From assembly GCF_009914755.1 (NCBI RefSeq), contig NC_060941.1: DNA of 64,000 nucleotides; one strand, 5' to 3'. The notes below the pieces were generated by a model, which made no database searches, had not been told where the DNA came from, and was given only the letters and a program-made list of their open reading frames with translations. Shown here one piece after another: positions 11,880 through 29,279 of this stretch. Source of the DNA: the human T2T-CHM13v2.0 reference genome, Homo sapiens. The position numbers and the translations under genes were made by a program. Each line of letters starts with the position of its first letter. The stretch's first letter is position 1.

Positions 11880-12130
11880 CAAGGTGTGGCCCTTGGAGCG
11901 GAAGAGTTCTAGGTTCAAAGCCTGACTCAGCCCCCTGACCTTGGGCAGCTTTATTTATCTTTTTGGAGCTCAGGTGCTTCATTTCACATAAAGAGGCAGT
12001 AGAGAATTACACGCTTACATAATACTTACCTGGGAGGGCCACTCTGAGATTTCAATGAGATCCTATTCACTAAACCATGTAACACAGCCTATGAGACTTA
12101 GTAAGTATTTGATATGCATTAATATGTGTT
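11880..12130 (+). mobile_element. MIR
   Basis: TGACCTTGGGCAG..CTCAGGTGCTTCATTT..AATACTTACCT..TGAGATTTCAATGAGA; boundaries approximate. Confidence 0.7.
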
Positions 12131-12156
12131 GGTTTCCTTTCTTCTTAAGAGTTTTT
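12030..12156 (-). other. Candidate MIR-derived exon
   Basis: Donor CCAG|GTAAGTAT fully complementary to the U1 5' end; acceptor ctacatgtatttactcctcag|A. Confidence 0.3.
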
Positions 12157-13129
12157 CTGAGGAGTAAATACATGTAGAGGGAGTAATATGGTGGCAAATA
12201 TACAGTTGATGCTTAATAAATGTTACTTCTCTAAAAGGCAGTAAGGAATTCTGAGTTCTGTGCTCCCTGGGAGTAAGACTCTGATGATGAGTTTCCAGTT
12301 TCCTGAAAGCCCTCTGTTCCTCTACTTTAGCCTGTTACTGACATGGCCTCTTTCAACTCCTCCATCCTCTTCCCCAATTCTATAGCTCACATGCCTGCCC
12401 CAAGAATCTCAGAAAAGCCCTTTCCTGCTCCTCCAGGGAGTCTGCAATACAGGCCAGATACTCTCAAAGATTGGAAGACTTTTAAGTCTATTCAAAAAAA
12501 AAAAAAAAAACTATCCTTTGTCTCAGGCCATTATTTCTTCTCTTATTTTGAAAGAAGTAATTTCTCCTTCTTCATTTATATCATTTTGCTGAGGGTATTT
12601 GTGGATCATCAGCCTATATGTCAAGTCTTCTCCTTGGTTACACCATATAAATTCAGTTCTATATGTAAGCTAAAGTGACTACAACTAGAATAGGAATTAA
12701 ATATATTTCAGGTTTTGCAGACAAACAAAACTCCTTTTTTCAACCCAGTTTCTCTTTGGATAAAACATTATCCTCAGTCTATAAATTAGAATTTTAGTGC
12801 TGTAGGTACCGCCTCATTTTGGAGGCAAGAAAGGTAAAAAACTTGACTCAAAGGATATTTTCTTGCTAATGGCAAGGTCAGAACTTGCACACAGGTGGCC
12901 TGGTTCCCAGGCCTTTTGTCTTTTCAGTATCTGATGATACCTGACCTGGTAGGGTCACCTGAAGTTTAAACTACTCTGCATCATAAGAAAATCTTTTGGT
13001 GTGTGGGATCCTGCTGAGAACTCTTGCATTCCCTGTACACTGTTCATGTTAGTATCCATGGACTACTTCCCATTCCTAACATGTTCAATGGACATTTTTC
13101 CACTCTCTGTAATGATCTGTCTCAACAGT

Positions 13130-13400
13130 CTCTCTGGAAAATTAACTCATCCTCTAATGTCCAACTCAAAGTTCACTTTTTTTCTGTTAACTCTCCACAA
13201 CTTCCTGAGAAAAATCAATCACTTCTCCACCTGTGTTCTAATAGAGCTTTGCAAATGTCTCATTTATTGAGCTACAGATATTTGTGTATCTTTATCTCTC
13301 CACTAGACTGTGAATTGTTCAAGGTTAGAAATTCTATTCTATTCATCCTTGTATCCACAGCTCTCCAGAGTTTGACACGTGGTAAGCCTTCGTAATTCTT
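13130..13400 (+). mobile_element. L2 3' fragment
   Basis: CTCCACTAGACTGTGAATTGTTCAAGG...TTCATCCTTGTATCCACAG. Confidence 0.75.
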
Positions 13401-15100
13401 GTTTTTGTTAATTTGTTTTTGGTTTTTGCTGATAATTTTCATATTAGTTGCATTAAGTGAATAATAATGCTTTACATGGTTCTGATCAACATTGAAACAT
13501 GTCTAAACTGAGTATCTTGGATTTCTAGGAACTAGAAGTACTGAAAATAATATTTGACAAATTTTACATGGAGGATTTGGTAAATTTATGCAAAAAGACT
13601 AAGAAAGTTTGTAGAATCAGAGCACCATGCAGAATACCCATGGAGTTCCCTTTATTCTTTAAAGTAGTTTAATTTGTTCACCATAAAAATTCCAGAATTT
13701 TCTACTCTTGACAAAAATAATACCAAAAAACCCACTTATGATATACAGTTCCATGTTGGAATATCAAGACAGACAAATGTTAAACTACCGCAAAATAAAA
13801 ACTACTATTTTGGAAATAGAATAATAACACAGCACTACACAAACCTCCAACGACTTCAAATTTAGTCTTTTATCCCAATATGGTGATTAAGTCTTCAACT
13901 ATAATTAAAATACTTTAATATATTTTATCAATATCTCTTACAGTATAATTGCTTAAAAAGTAATATGAACTCTAAAATATGCTACCATCCTTGGGAGATA
14001 TCATACAATTTCCCAAGTCTGTCATTTATTCTTTAATATTTTGTACTTCATTCAGCTCTAAAGTAGAAATAGAGGAATACTCACATACTTGGTCAATGGC
14101 TTACAAGCTGTGAAACACGAACGTTGAATTACCAAAACTGCCCTCTAAATAGCATCTATATAGGCAAATTCTTACTTCTGAGACATTAAGGGAATCAGTC
14201 CACTGCCCCTCCCACCACTGACCTTCCTTGGGTTGAAAGAATTATTTCAGTTGTATTCAGTTTACAACTTAGCTTGCCCTGGGATAATATCAGACTGATG
14301 TTTTGAGCTATGTTTGGTTATTCTTGGCACCAGACAATAATGGTTTCTACCAATCAGATTATGACGTGCTACAATGAGAAGAAATGTAGTATTAAGAAAG
14401 GTGAAAACTGGAAATACGTCCTAATACATGGAATGTACATAACATTGTAGAGTGATAAAGGAAGTAAGGGAGGCTTCGGGGGTATATTTTGTCTTAAGAC
14501 CAGAGAACAAATACCATTCAACACAAACTAGAAAGAGACAAAGCAGGATCGAATCCTCATATGTTGACATCAGCTTGAGTTAAAAGCTACAAAGGTAAAA
14601 GTTATTTGACATAAGTGCTGCTGTTCAGATTTCTCAATATTCCATGTTAACTTATTTTACTTTGGAAACTGAGAAGGAAAAGAAATATCAGCCCATAGGT
14701 GGAATCATTCCACAGATCATACTAACAAGGCTCTCATCAATAAGGTCATAATGATGATGGTTAGTGTTACATGCTGCACTTGTGTTTTTTAAAAACTGTA
14801 TGAACACCTTTAAGTAGTTGAATCCTACTTACCAATTCCTTGCCAGAATGACCCGTTTTTCCCTTTAACATCTCTCTCAACATTGCCAAAATGATTTTGT
14901 TTTGTTTTGTGTGTGTAGAGTCTCCACAGGTCCCTCACTACTCGGAATAATTGTAAGTCACATAAATAATGACCTATATTGGCCACTGAGCCCAAGGCAG
15001 AGTTCAAAGGACACATCAAAGGGAACAAAATGTTAAGATGACTCCTGAAAACTGTGGTCGAGAAAACTGGCAAAAGCAGAAAACACACCAGAAACTCATC

Positions 15101-15598
15101 TGTGTTAGAGTACTCCAAAGAACCAATGTGTGTGTGTGTGTACACACATATGTAAATAATGAGATTTATAAGGAGTTGGCTCACACCATTACAGAGACTG
15201 AGAAGTCCTGAGATCTGTTCTTTGCAAGCTGTAGACATGAGAAAGCCAGTGGTGTATTTTGAAGACCTGGAAGCTGGAGAGCTGACAGTATAGATTCTAG
15301 TTCTGGTCTGAAAGCTGAGAGCCAGGAGTACTAGAGCAGAAGATTGATTTCCTGACTCAAACTGTCAGGAAGAGTGCAAATCTTCCCTTCTTGCACCTCT
15401 GTGCTCTACTCAGGCTCTCAAGGGATTGGATGATGGCCCACACACATTGGCAAGGACAATCTACCTTACTCAGTCTACCTATTTGAATGCTAACCTCTTT
15501 CAAAACACCCACACAGACATACCCAGAAATAATGTCTAACCAGATAGCTGGACATGTCTGGTTGACAGTTAAGTTGCCACTTAAAATTAACTATCACA
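15101..15598 (-). mobile_element. MLT2 (C/D-like) solo LTR
   Basis: Reverse MLT2: CACAGACATACCCAGAAATAATG...TAAAATTAACTATCACA. Confidence 0.88.
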
Positions 15599-15935
15599 GA
15601 GCACACTGGTGGTTTAGCATCTGACTGATTGATTAGAGGTTAAATCTTATCTCTATACTTCCTTGTGCCACAGCATTCCCGTATATAAAGTGAGAATTAT
15701 AAAAATCAATATTTCAAAACATGGTAAATAAGCTCACTGCCTGACAGACAATAGGCACATACACATATTATTTTATATTTTGCTATTATACAGCTCCATA
15801 GAAATGTTATTTTGTTGTACATATATATATATACACTTATACATTTACAAGTATAATTGTTTTTTATATAATAGGTACTATTTTTGAGCTGCAATTATGC
15901 ATTAGGCAATGAGATAGAACAAATGAATAAACACA

Positions 15936-16428
15936 TGGTTAGGCCATTTCTTGTGTTGCTATAAAGAAATACCATGCTTTCCATAAAGCCTGCAGAACAT
16001 GAAGAACTAACCTCTTTCCTTTATGAAAGAATTAAACCTCTTTTCTTTATAAATTAATAATATATTAATAAGTTAATAATATATAAAGAAAAGAGGTTTA
16101 ATTTTTTAATAAAGAAAAGAGGTTAAATTCTTCACATTCTGCAGGCTCTATGGAAAGTATGGTGCTGGCATCTGCTCAGCTTCTGGGGAGGCCTCAGGGA
16201 GCTTTTACTCCTGGCAGAAGACGAAGCTGGAGTGGCACATCACATGGCGAGAGCAGGAGCAAGCAGGGAGGGAAGAGCCAGATCTCGTGAAAACTGTCAT
16301 GAGGACAGCGCCAAGCCATGAGGGATCCGCAGCCATGACCCAATCACCTCCCACCAGGCCCCACCTCCAACATGAGGGATTATACTTTAACATGAGATTT
16401 GGATGGGACAAATATTCAAACCATATCA
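15936..16428 (-). mobile_element. MSTB solo LTR carrying an internal inverted duplication
   Basis: GGCATCTGCTCAGCTTCTGGGGAGGCCTCAGGGAGC...CAAACCATATCA. Confidence 0.9.
15971..16163. repeat. Long inverted repeat (arms about 81-82 bp, 30-nt AT-rich loop)
   Basis: 15971-16051 is the reverse complement of 16082-16163 with about 9 differences. Confidence 0.95.
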
Positions 16429-16519
16429 AAGCAGAAAATAAAATAGGAATGAGGTTCTACTTTGCCAATAAGCTACTGATGGTGGGGAAATTATGCAATT
16501 CAATATAAAATTCCAGAAA

Positions 16520-16645
16520 CACTGACAAGACAGACCAGTTTTTTCTGGGACAGTCCTGGTTTCTGTGTGTTGTTTCAGAATAATTATTAATAGTTGCCCC
16601 CTCTCTTAAGAGTGCCCTGGTTTGAGCAATTAAATGCCCACACTG
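16520..16645 (+). mobile_element. MER94 (hAT-Blackjack MITE)
   Basis: GGGACAGTCCTGGTTT..TAATTATTAATAG..CCCC..GAGTGCCCTGGTTTG. Confidence 0.7.
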
Positions 16646-18330
16646 ATGTTCCTTTGCAGTAGGATAAGCCTGTTGGGAGGGAAAATGTGCTTAGGGTACT
16701 TGGAGCACCTGATCTATGTGGGGAGGCAGTGCAGGAAAGTTTTCCAAGAGAGGCAAAATCTAGGTTGATAGTTCATAGATGAGTGGGAGTAGCTGTGTGA
16801 AAAATGAGGCAGAAGCACAGTAAGGAGCTCTAATTTCAAAGGGCAGAATAGCAAGTCCAAAACACAGCAGAGTCAGGAGAACCGGAAAGAAATTAAAACA
16901 CAGAAAGATCCTAAAGTATGAAGGAGAAAGTTGGGAGGAAGAGTCAAGGATTAGACACAGCCCAGAAAAGCTTCTCCCACAAAGAGAGACCAGACTGTCA
17001 AGTAGACTGGCACTCTCAGAACAGATATTCAGAAAGAAGACATTGAGAGTCGATTGGATACAGGGAGGATGCAGATCCCAAGGCTGAAAGGGGAGGAAGC
17101 TGGGAACTGTGCACCAAGTTGCCAAGCACCAGGACTCATTCCTGGCTTCAAGTGGCTCCCAGGAAGGGGCGAGTGAAATAGGCATGGAACAGCCCATTCT
17201 TATCACAGACCTCTGAGATCCTAGCTGTGAGAGACCCCATGAGCCCCGTGGACATTTGAGTTGACAGGAATAACTGCCTAGAGTCTTGGCAGAGACAGAA
17301 TTCCAGGCAGCATGGATCCCAGAGGGTCTGGTGCGGGAACAACTGCAGTGGAGCATGGCCATGGACTCCCATCCCCCAAGACTCACCATACTCCTCTAGG
17401 TGGGTTTAGAGTTTGTTAGCAGCTGGACTGGGAAAGAGCAGGGCTGTCTTACCCATGGGATGGAGCCAGTCTTATCTGAACGACCTCTTCTGCTGGCCTC
17501 TCCCAGGGTCCCTGCCTTGCCACACATATTTGCAGAACAGCCTCAGCTGCCCTGCTGAAATGCTTGCCAGTGGCCACCACCATAGCTCCTTCACTGACAG
17601 CCCCCACCTTCCTGTTGGAGCACTTTTGCAGATGAACCTCCACCAGGATGCCTCCACCTGTACCCTTCCCCCACCAGCACACACTCACCTGCAGCCTCCC
17701 ACTGCTTCCCCACTGGTGAGCACACACACACACAGAAACGAGCTGCCACCTTACCAGCACACACTCACCGTGGCCTACCCCTGCCACCTTGCTGGTACAC
17801 ACACACAGGGACCCATCACTATCCCACCAGGGTACACATGCCTGCAGCCTCTCTCACCATCCCATTGGTGCACACACACCCATGGGCCCCAACCTACTGC
17901 CACACAAATGGCCCCCCAGCCTACTCACTAGTGCACACTTGCCTGCAGCACCCCCCCACCACCCACTGCAGCACACTCTCCCATGGACTCCTGCTGCCCC
18001 ACTGCAGCACTTTTTGTTGGCAACCCCCATGGGAGTATTGTTGTCATTGGACTGGGAACACCTTGGCCCCTCCAGTGCAGCAGGTGTTTGACCTCGAGGG
18101 GCCAGAAAACAAAGGTACGAGCCTGGTCCTAGGTCCTGAGGGTTACAACACACAAACCAGAAGTGCTGAGCTGAGCCTTGGCCCCCTGAAAGCATCCAGA
18201 AACAAAGGCAATTGACTAAATTCAACTTGTGCCACAAACAAGCCCTCAAGAGTATCAAAGAACATAAAATCTAAAAGCCCTATCCAAAGGATAACAACTT
18301 CAAAGATTAAAGAAACATGACTTCAAACAG

Positions 18331-19350
18331 ATGAGAAAGAAGCAGTGCAAAAATTCTGGCAACTCTAAAAGCTAAAGTGTATTCTTACCTCCAAACAACT
18401 GCACTAGCTCTCCAGCAACGGTTATTAACCAAACTCAAATGATGGAAATGATAGACATAGAATTCAGATTCTGGATGGCAAGGAAGCTCAAAGAGATACA
18501 GGAGAAGGCTGAAACCCAATCCAAGAAAAGCAGTAAAACAATCCAAGACTTGAAAGATGACATAGCCATTTTAGAAAGAACCAAACTGAAATTCTGGAAA
18601 TTAAAATTTCACTATAGAAATTTCATAATGCATCTGGAAGTATTAAAAACAATATATCAAGCTAAGGAAAGAATCTCAGAGCTCAAAAACCACTTCCTTC
18701 AAATCAACAAAGGCAGACAAAAATAAAGAAAAATGAATTTTAAAAAATGAACAAAACCTCCAAGAAATATGAGATTATGTAAAGAGACCAAACCTATGAC
18801 TCATTGGCATTCCTGAAAGAGATGGAGAGACAGCAAGCAATATAGAAAACATATTTGAGGATACTGTCCACAAAAGCTTCCCTGACCTCACTAGAGAGGT
18901 TGAAATGCAAATTTAGAAAATTCAGAGAACCCCTGCAAGATATTATACAAGACAATTATCCCCAAGACATATAGTCATCCAATTCTCCATTTGTCATCCA
19001 ATTCACAGGTTAATGTAAAAGGAAAATCTTAAAGATAGCTAGAGAGAAGGGGCAGGTCACATAGAAATGAAACCCCATCAGGCTAACAGTGGATCTTTCA
19101 GCAGAAACCTCACAAGCCAGAGGAGACTGGGGGCCTATACACAGCATCCTAATGAAAACAAATTCCAAATAAGAATTTCATATCCAGCCAAATTCAGCTT
19201 CAAAAGCAAAGGAGAAATAAAATCCTTTTCAGACAAACAAATGATAAGGAAATTCATTACCAACAGACTTGTCTTACAAGAGGTCCTTAAAGGAGTACTA
19301 AATATGGAAATGAAAGACTGATACCTGCCACTACAAAAAAACACACTTAA
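18331..19350 (+). pseudogene. L1 ORF1p remnant
   Basis: MRKKQCKNSGNSKS then a stop; fragments RISYPAKFSFKSKGEIKSFSDKQM and LQEVLKGVLNME. Confidence 0.9.
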
Positions 19351-19418
19351 ATACATAGCCCACTAACACTATAAAGAAACAATACCATCAAGTCTACATA
19401 ACAACCAGCTAACGACAC

Positions 19419-23493
<4,075 letters not shown>

Positions 23494-24679
23494 ACACTTA
23501 GTACACATGCACACAAAAATGGGAACAATAGACACCAGGGCCTACTTAGTGGGTAGGGGGAGGGTCAAAAAATTACCTATCAGATACTATGGTCACTGCC
23601 TGGGTGACAAAATCATTTTTACACCATACCCAGGTACATGCAATTTACCCATGTAACACACGTGCACATGTACTCCCTGAATCTAAAATAAAAGTTGAGA
23701 AAAGAAAAAAAAAGTTGCAAAGGATGACATAGATCAGTAGTGGTCATATCATGAGGGTTCGGAAAATCTGAATCAATGTACTTTAAGGGCACTAAAAAGC
23801 CAAGGAAGGGACCCTGTTTACTAAGGGTAGGCAATGGTAGTATGTGCTGTGGATGTTGGGGAGCTGTGAACCTAGAGAATAAAGGGCTTGTTTTATTTGG
23901 AAGCTCTTAGAAACTGTTGATTTTTACAACTCATATCGTTTTCTTCACGGCCTTCCTCTTCCAGACCATGGAGGTGACATGGCTAAGAACTCAAAGCATG
24001 CAGCATCCATTTTGCCCTTGAGTTTACATTTCAGCAGAACAATTCCAGAATGAATCATTGCCTGCACAGGTTGTTGGTTATGCCCGGTTTACAGCCCATT
24101 TTCAAAGCTCCTTTCTACTTTATGGTCCAGACTGAGTTTGCAGAGATTTATGTGGAGATTTCTTATTCTCTTTGAAAAATAGAAAATCTTTCACCAGCAT
24201 ATTTTTCTCACTCAGTGAGGCAATGCTGAACCTCCTTGCTGTTATTCTCCAGAAAGCCTTTTCTACCACCATCAAATTGACCATTTTCATTTAAGATAGA
24301 AAGGGAATAGTTAAGAATGGAAAAATTAGTTCTGAAAGGTGGACTGGAAACTGAACGCAGCCCTTGGAAATCAGACGAAACAGAGAGGAATCACTAACTC
24401 TATGAGACAAAACCGTGTGCTCTAAAATAGGGAACTGAATTCTGGAGGATTCGATTACTCAAAATCTCCTACTTCTAAAACCTAACCTAATGTGGCCTCA
24501 GGACTGGGCAATGAGTGCTTGCCTACAGACATGACAGTAACTCAGTGTTGGGAAGAAAAGAAACTTTAAAGAAAAGTTTTGATCAAGGATGCATCCTGTA
24601 TCCAAAGAGGAAAGTTATATTCCGTTTATAAAGAGGGAGTTTCACGAGGGAAGGAATATGGATAATGAGCTGATAGTTG

Positions 24680-24950
24680 TAGAATAATATAGGACTTGAG
24701 AGCTATACTATCTAAATTCAAATCAGGATCTTCAATTTACTTGCTGTAAACAGACATGCAAGACACTTGACTTTGGATAAGTGTCTTAAGTTCTATGAGC
24801 CTATTTCCTCATCTGTAAAATGAGGATAATCATATCTCACAGGATTGTTATTAAGATTAAATGTGTTAATATTTCTCAAATACTTAGAGTAATGCTTGAC
24901 ACAGATAAGAGCTTGTTAATAATAGTGACAAAAATTTATCAATAATTGCT
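24680..24950 (+). mobile_element. MIR
   Basis: TTTCCTCATCTGTAAAATGAGGATAAT..CTCACAGGATTGTT. Confidence 0.85.
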
Positions 24951-25614
24951 GCTCAAGCATGATGTATTCTACTCTAAAATCTCTACAAATTCAATTTCTA
25001 TTTCTAGGAAATGATTTCGTCTCCCACTATGTCCCTTTCATATACCTTAAATCTTCCTGAAACGAAGTAAAATTAGTAACTCCTAGAGCAAAATTTATTT
25101 TTTAATATTTATGAACAAAAGAATTCACAGTATTCTTTCCAAATCTCCAGTGACCCACCTACCCATTCACTGAGTCCCTCAGTGATAAAGAACATTTGTC
25201 CAGGTGGCGATGGCAAGGCATTTTGGGGATGGACACAGCTGAGCAGGGTCAGAGTTTACTTTATCTTAATATCCCTTTGTCTCAATTTAGAAAAAAAGGA
25301 AAGGGCCCAGCTTCCAGACAGCCATGAAAACAAAATAAACAGGCATGTAAATGAGATGTGTTTTGGATGTGGGTTTATATATATTGGCAGGAAGAGCAGT
25401 GAAACTTATGACTCTACTTTCTTATTCTTTTTTCTCTCTCCTGTCCCACTTGATGCCAAAGGAGTTATTTTTAAAAGCATGGGTTCATGTTTTTGATCAT
25501 AATGTTATGGCAAAAGGGGAGATGACCTTTACATTTAGCTAGTAGCTGTTATACGATCAGGAAGCTCCAAATGGTAACACTTCAGGTTTGGTCACCATTT
25601 TGGGTATGCCATAG

Positions 25615-25685
25615 TTTTTTTGTTTGTTTTTTGTTTTTGTTTGTTTGGTTGGTGTTTTTTTTGTTTTGTTTTGTTTTTTTGTTTG
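25615..25685. repeat. T-rich (GTTT)n/(GTTTT)n tract
   Basis: Directly visible. Confidence 0.85.
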
Positions 25686-26512
25686 TCTTCAGTTAAATAG
25701 CACTTACCAAACCCGAACATGTCCAAATAGTCATTTATTTCTTAGTTCATTGAAAGAATATTTATTCCCTACCAAATTCTACCAAAGCGTCTTGCAAGAC
25801 CTCCATCTGGTACAGAATCATATAGAGAAATAAGTTAACATACTAAATCTTTACCAAAGCATGTAGGTGTTCACCCAATTCTGTGCATCAGGATTGAGAG
25901 AGAAAACAACAGATGAAAGTGTCTCTATGTCAAACATACAGAATAGAAATATTACCTATAGAAGCAACCAGTGGGATGCAACTCTGCTTAACTAACAAAC
26001 ATAGGCTTATAACTCAAGGGGTTCCCTTCAGCAAGAGAAGATTGGACTCTTGTAATTCATACAGTGCCTTAATGCTTCAAAATAGGAATTCTCATTTTTG
26101 ATTATTCTGTGGGGGTTAACTGGTTCTAGGCCAACTTCTAGAGGGAAAAATGATACATTCCTGCCAAACAAGAGCAAAATGCTAATTATGTATGTTTTGT
26201 GTGCTAATGTTTTTTTCCTGGGAAAAGAGGAAAATGAAATTACTTCTGTGGTCTGATATGTTTTAAGTCCTTATCTGAGAGACTACTGAAAGTATTGTCT
26301 ATATTATCCCACAATTCTGACAGAAAACTGGACATTTTAGTAAATATTCCAAACCTTCTTTGTATAAATTTAAAAACATGGATAAATCTTCTCATGCCGC
26401 TAAATTTACTTTTTTTTTGGATATTTAGTGGTGAGTGGTCTAAAACTGTCTATTATACTCATATAAAATATATTCTGGGGGAAAAGAATTTTTGCACATG
26501 AAATTTGATCTT

Positions 26513-27001
26513 TGCTATAGTTTGGATATTTGTCCTCTCCAAAGCTCATGTTGAAATATGATCCCCAATGTTGGAGGTGGCACTTAATGAAAAGTGTTTA
26601 GGTTGGGGGGTGAATACTTCATGAACAGAATAACGCCTTTCCTGAATTGCACTTAGTAGGTGTTTGAGGCAGTTGTGGGTGAATGAGTTCTCACTCTTAT
26701 TAGTTCCTGTGAGCTATTTGTTAAAAGGAGCCAAGTACCTCTTCTCCTCTTCTCCCTCTCTTCTCCCTCTCTCTCTCTTACTCCCTCCCTCCCTCCCTAT
26801 CTCACCATATGATCTCTGCACATGCCAACTCCCCTTCACCTTCCTCCATGAGTGGAAGCAGCCTGAGGCTCTCAGCAGGTATATATTCCAGTGACATGTT
26901 TCTTGTATAGTCTGCACAACTGTGAACCAAATAAACCCTTTTCATTATAAGTTATGCAGCCTCAAGTATTCCTTCATAGCAACACTAAACAGACTAAGAC
27001 A
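26513..27001 (+). mobile_element. MSTB1/B2-like solo LTR
   Basis: TGCTATAGTTTGGATATTTGTCC...ACAGACTAAGACA; near-TSD ATCTT/ATTTT. Confidence 0.9.
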
Positions 27002-27288
27002 ATTTTCATTACTAACGTTTTGCTGTTAAAAAAAATCTTAACTTCTGAATTCCCAAATCTCTGATAAAATAATGTCATTCTGCAGGGATAATTGAATTGA
27101 ACAAAACTGGTGTTAGAGTTGTTTCATCTAAAATAACCAAATAATTCTTATATTTCTCAAAGGGAGAGTGGAACAATAAAATCTCATATTTCTGTGGAAG
27201 GAGAGTAACATTTAAATCAAAATGATTAATGTCTAAGTTTTATTTCTTAATTTGCATCAACAGAAAGAGGAAATAAAAGTTTAAGACC

Positions 27289-27620
27289 TGCATTAGGGCC
27301 ATCAGTGGTGGCTGAAGAAACAAACAACCTCCAATATCAGTGGCTTAGCCCAGCCAAGGTTTTTTCTCACACTTGCAAGTCCACTGTAGATGGTCTTGGG
27401 CAGCTTTCCTCCAAATTAGGGACCTGGATGCCTTCTGCCCTATGGCCCTGCCATCTTGAAGGACTTTGCTTGTAGCTGCTCAGATTGTGGGGAGAGAGAG
27501 AGAGAATGAGAGAGAGGGGGGAATAAGGATAAGGAGAAAGAATGAAAGATTGTGTAGACAGTCTTGAATAAAGTAATGGACATTTGAATTGGTTTAAATG
27601 ACACATGACTGGCAAAGAGT
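27289..27620 (-). mobile_element. Old MLT1 LTR fragment
   Basis: AACAAACAACCTCCAATATCAGTGGCTTA..AAGGTTTTTTCTCAC pattern. Confidence 0.55.
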
Positions 27621-28867
27621 AATGACCTCCAAGTCTTGATGCCTTTAGTATTTTATCTACAACTTGTTATATAATTGCTATATCTTTATAAATCATGTAA
27701 TTCCTCTAAAAGGGGTAAAGAATTATATAAATGGACAGGCCCAAAACACAACTGCAAAAGCCTAATTTATCAGTGAAGAGTTAATATAAGTCATATGCAG
27801 AAAAAGAAACAAATGCATTTTGAATAAATGATAAAGCAATCTCTCTTTAAATGCTGCTCATTTTAATCACCTAAGTACTTCAATCACCTAAGATAAATGA
27901 ATAGGCATGGCTTTACTAAGTGGTCCTTCTAATACGATTGTATGATAGGGTCTTAATCATCACCTATGAAAGTCAAAGCTTCTTTCACAGTGTATCTAAC
28001 TGATTTTAGCAGAGGACTTTGTCTTTCTACATCTCCTTAGAAATATTTATGCATTATAAGTGAAGTGAAACATACCAGGGGCAATTATTTATAATATTTA
28101 ACAACAGGTAAGCACAAGCATCGACCGGTCAGAATGGATACAGACCCTAGAGTAGCATCTTGGAATCTCCTATTGCAATGGGCATTGAATCTTTGATTCC
28201 TGGATCATAAAGGAGGAGCCACTGGCCAGGGTGGCAGTGGGGAACAGGCAATTCTGAGCCATAGGCAGCAGAAATTATTTACTAACAGGTATTTTTTCAA
28301 TATTCTATCAACGTGTGCAGTCATACTGGAGTCCAGCTCATCCAAGACCCACCATAAGACTCCAGCTTTAAATTTTCTAAGCCATCCAGGATTACATTCT
28401 GGAATTTGAGGTTTCATTTCCATTATATATTATAGCTTCTGATAAAATTTCTAAAACACTTTTTCAACTTTTTATGAGATTCTTATCAAATTATTACTTG
28501 TCATCTTGCTCTGAATTCAACTGCCCTGTTCTCTTTTGTGGCTGCTCATTAAATTATCTAACCAGTTTTCTTAGTTGTTTACCTTTATAACCCTTTGAAG
28601 GGTCTTGTATGAGGAGCAGGTAGCTGAATTTTGTGTTTTAAAACATTACATCTACAATATTATAAATGGTCAATATTGTAAATGTAATGACCAATGGTTT
28701 GGTCATATCTTAACCATTTAATCCCATGCTTTCTGTTGTGACCCCTTTTTGATGGTTTTCTTAGTTTCTCTAAGCTCTGACACCACCCTCCAAAAATGCT
28801 AATTTAGTATAACTTACTTTCTCCACCCACCAGGTCACAACAAGCAAATACACACATAAACACTCTA

Positions 28868-29215
28868 TATCAATATTAGTCCTCCAGGAAGCAGACACCA
28901 AGATAGAACTAGAAGTCCAAGAGATTGATTGGATGAAAGACAAAGGGGAAATGAAGCAGTGAAATGTATTTTAATACAGGTCTGATGCCTGGAAAAGGAA
29001 AGAGGGAAGAAAGGCCTGGGCAGGAAGGGCTTCTGACTGCAATGCAGCTTTGAAAATGTCTCAGCCAGCCCATGGGGAAACCATAGAACAAAGAGAACTG
29101 AATTGGGCAGAAAAGGCCCGACTCTCATCCTCTGCTGTGCTCAACCATCAGCTGGGAGTAGCCTAGGGAGAGCATGGCTTCATGTAAATGCTGCAATAGA
29201 TCCCAAAGACATGCA
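28868..29215 (-). mobile_element. LTR16-family (ERVL) LTR
   Basis: CCAGGAAGCAGACACCAAGA..CAGGTCTGATGCCTGG..CTGACTGCAATGCAGCT..CTGTGCTCAACCATCAGCTGGGAG. Confidence 0.72.
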
Positions 29216-29279
29216 TGCATACACGTGACACTTCCAAATTTTGACCTGATTTATTTATTTTGCATTTTAAAAATATTCA

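Noticed and set aside
12022-12038. 16/17 match to the U1 snRNA 5' end
   Set aside because: Similarity stops immediately and the flanks are MIR, so it is not a U1 pseudogene
16760-18258. Longest ORFs in the track (209, 172, 134 aa)
   Set aside because: They lie in the L1 5'UTR with low-complexity composition
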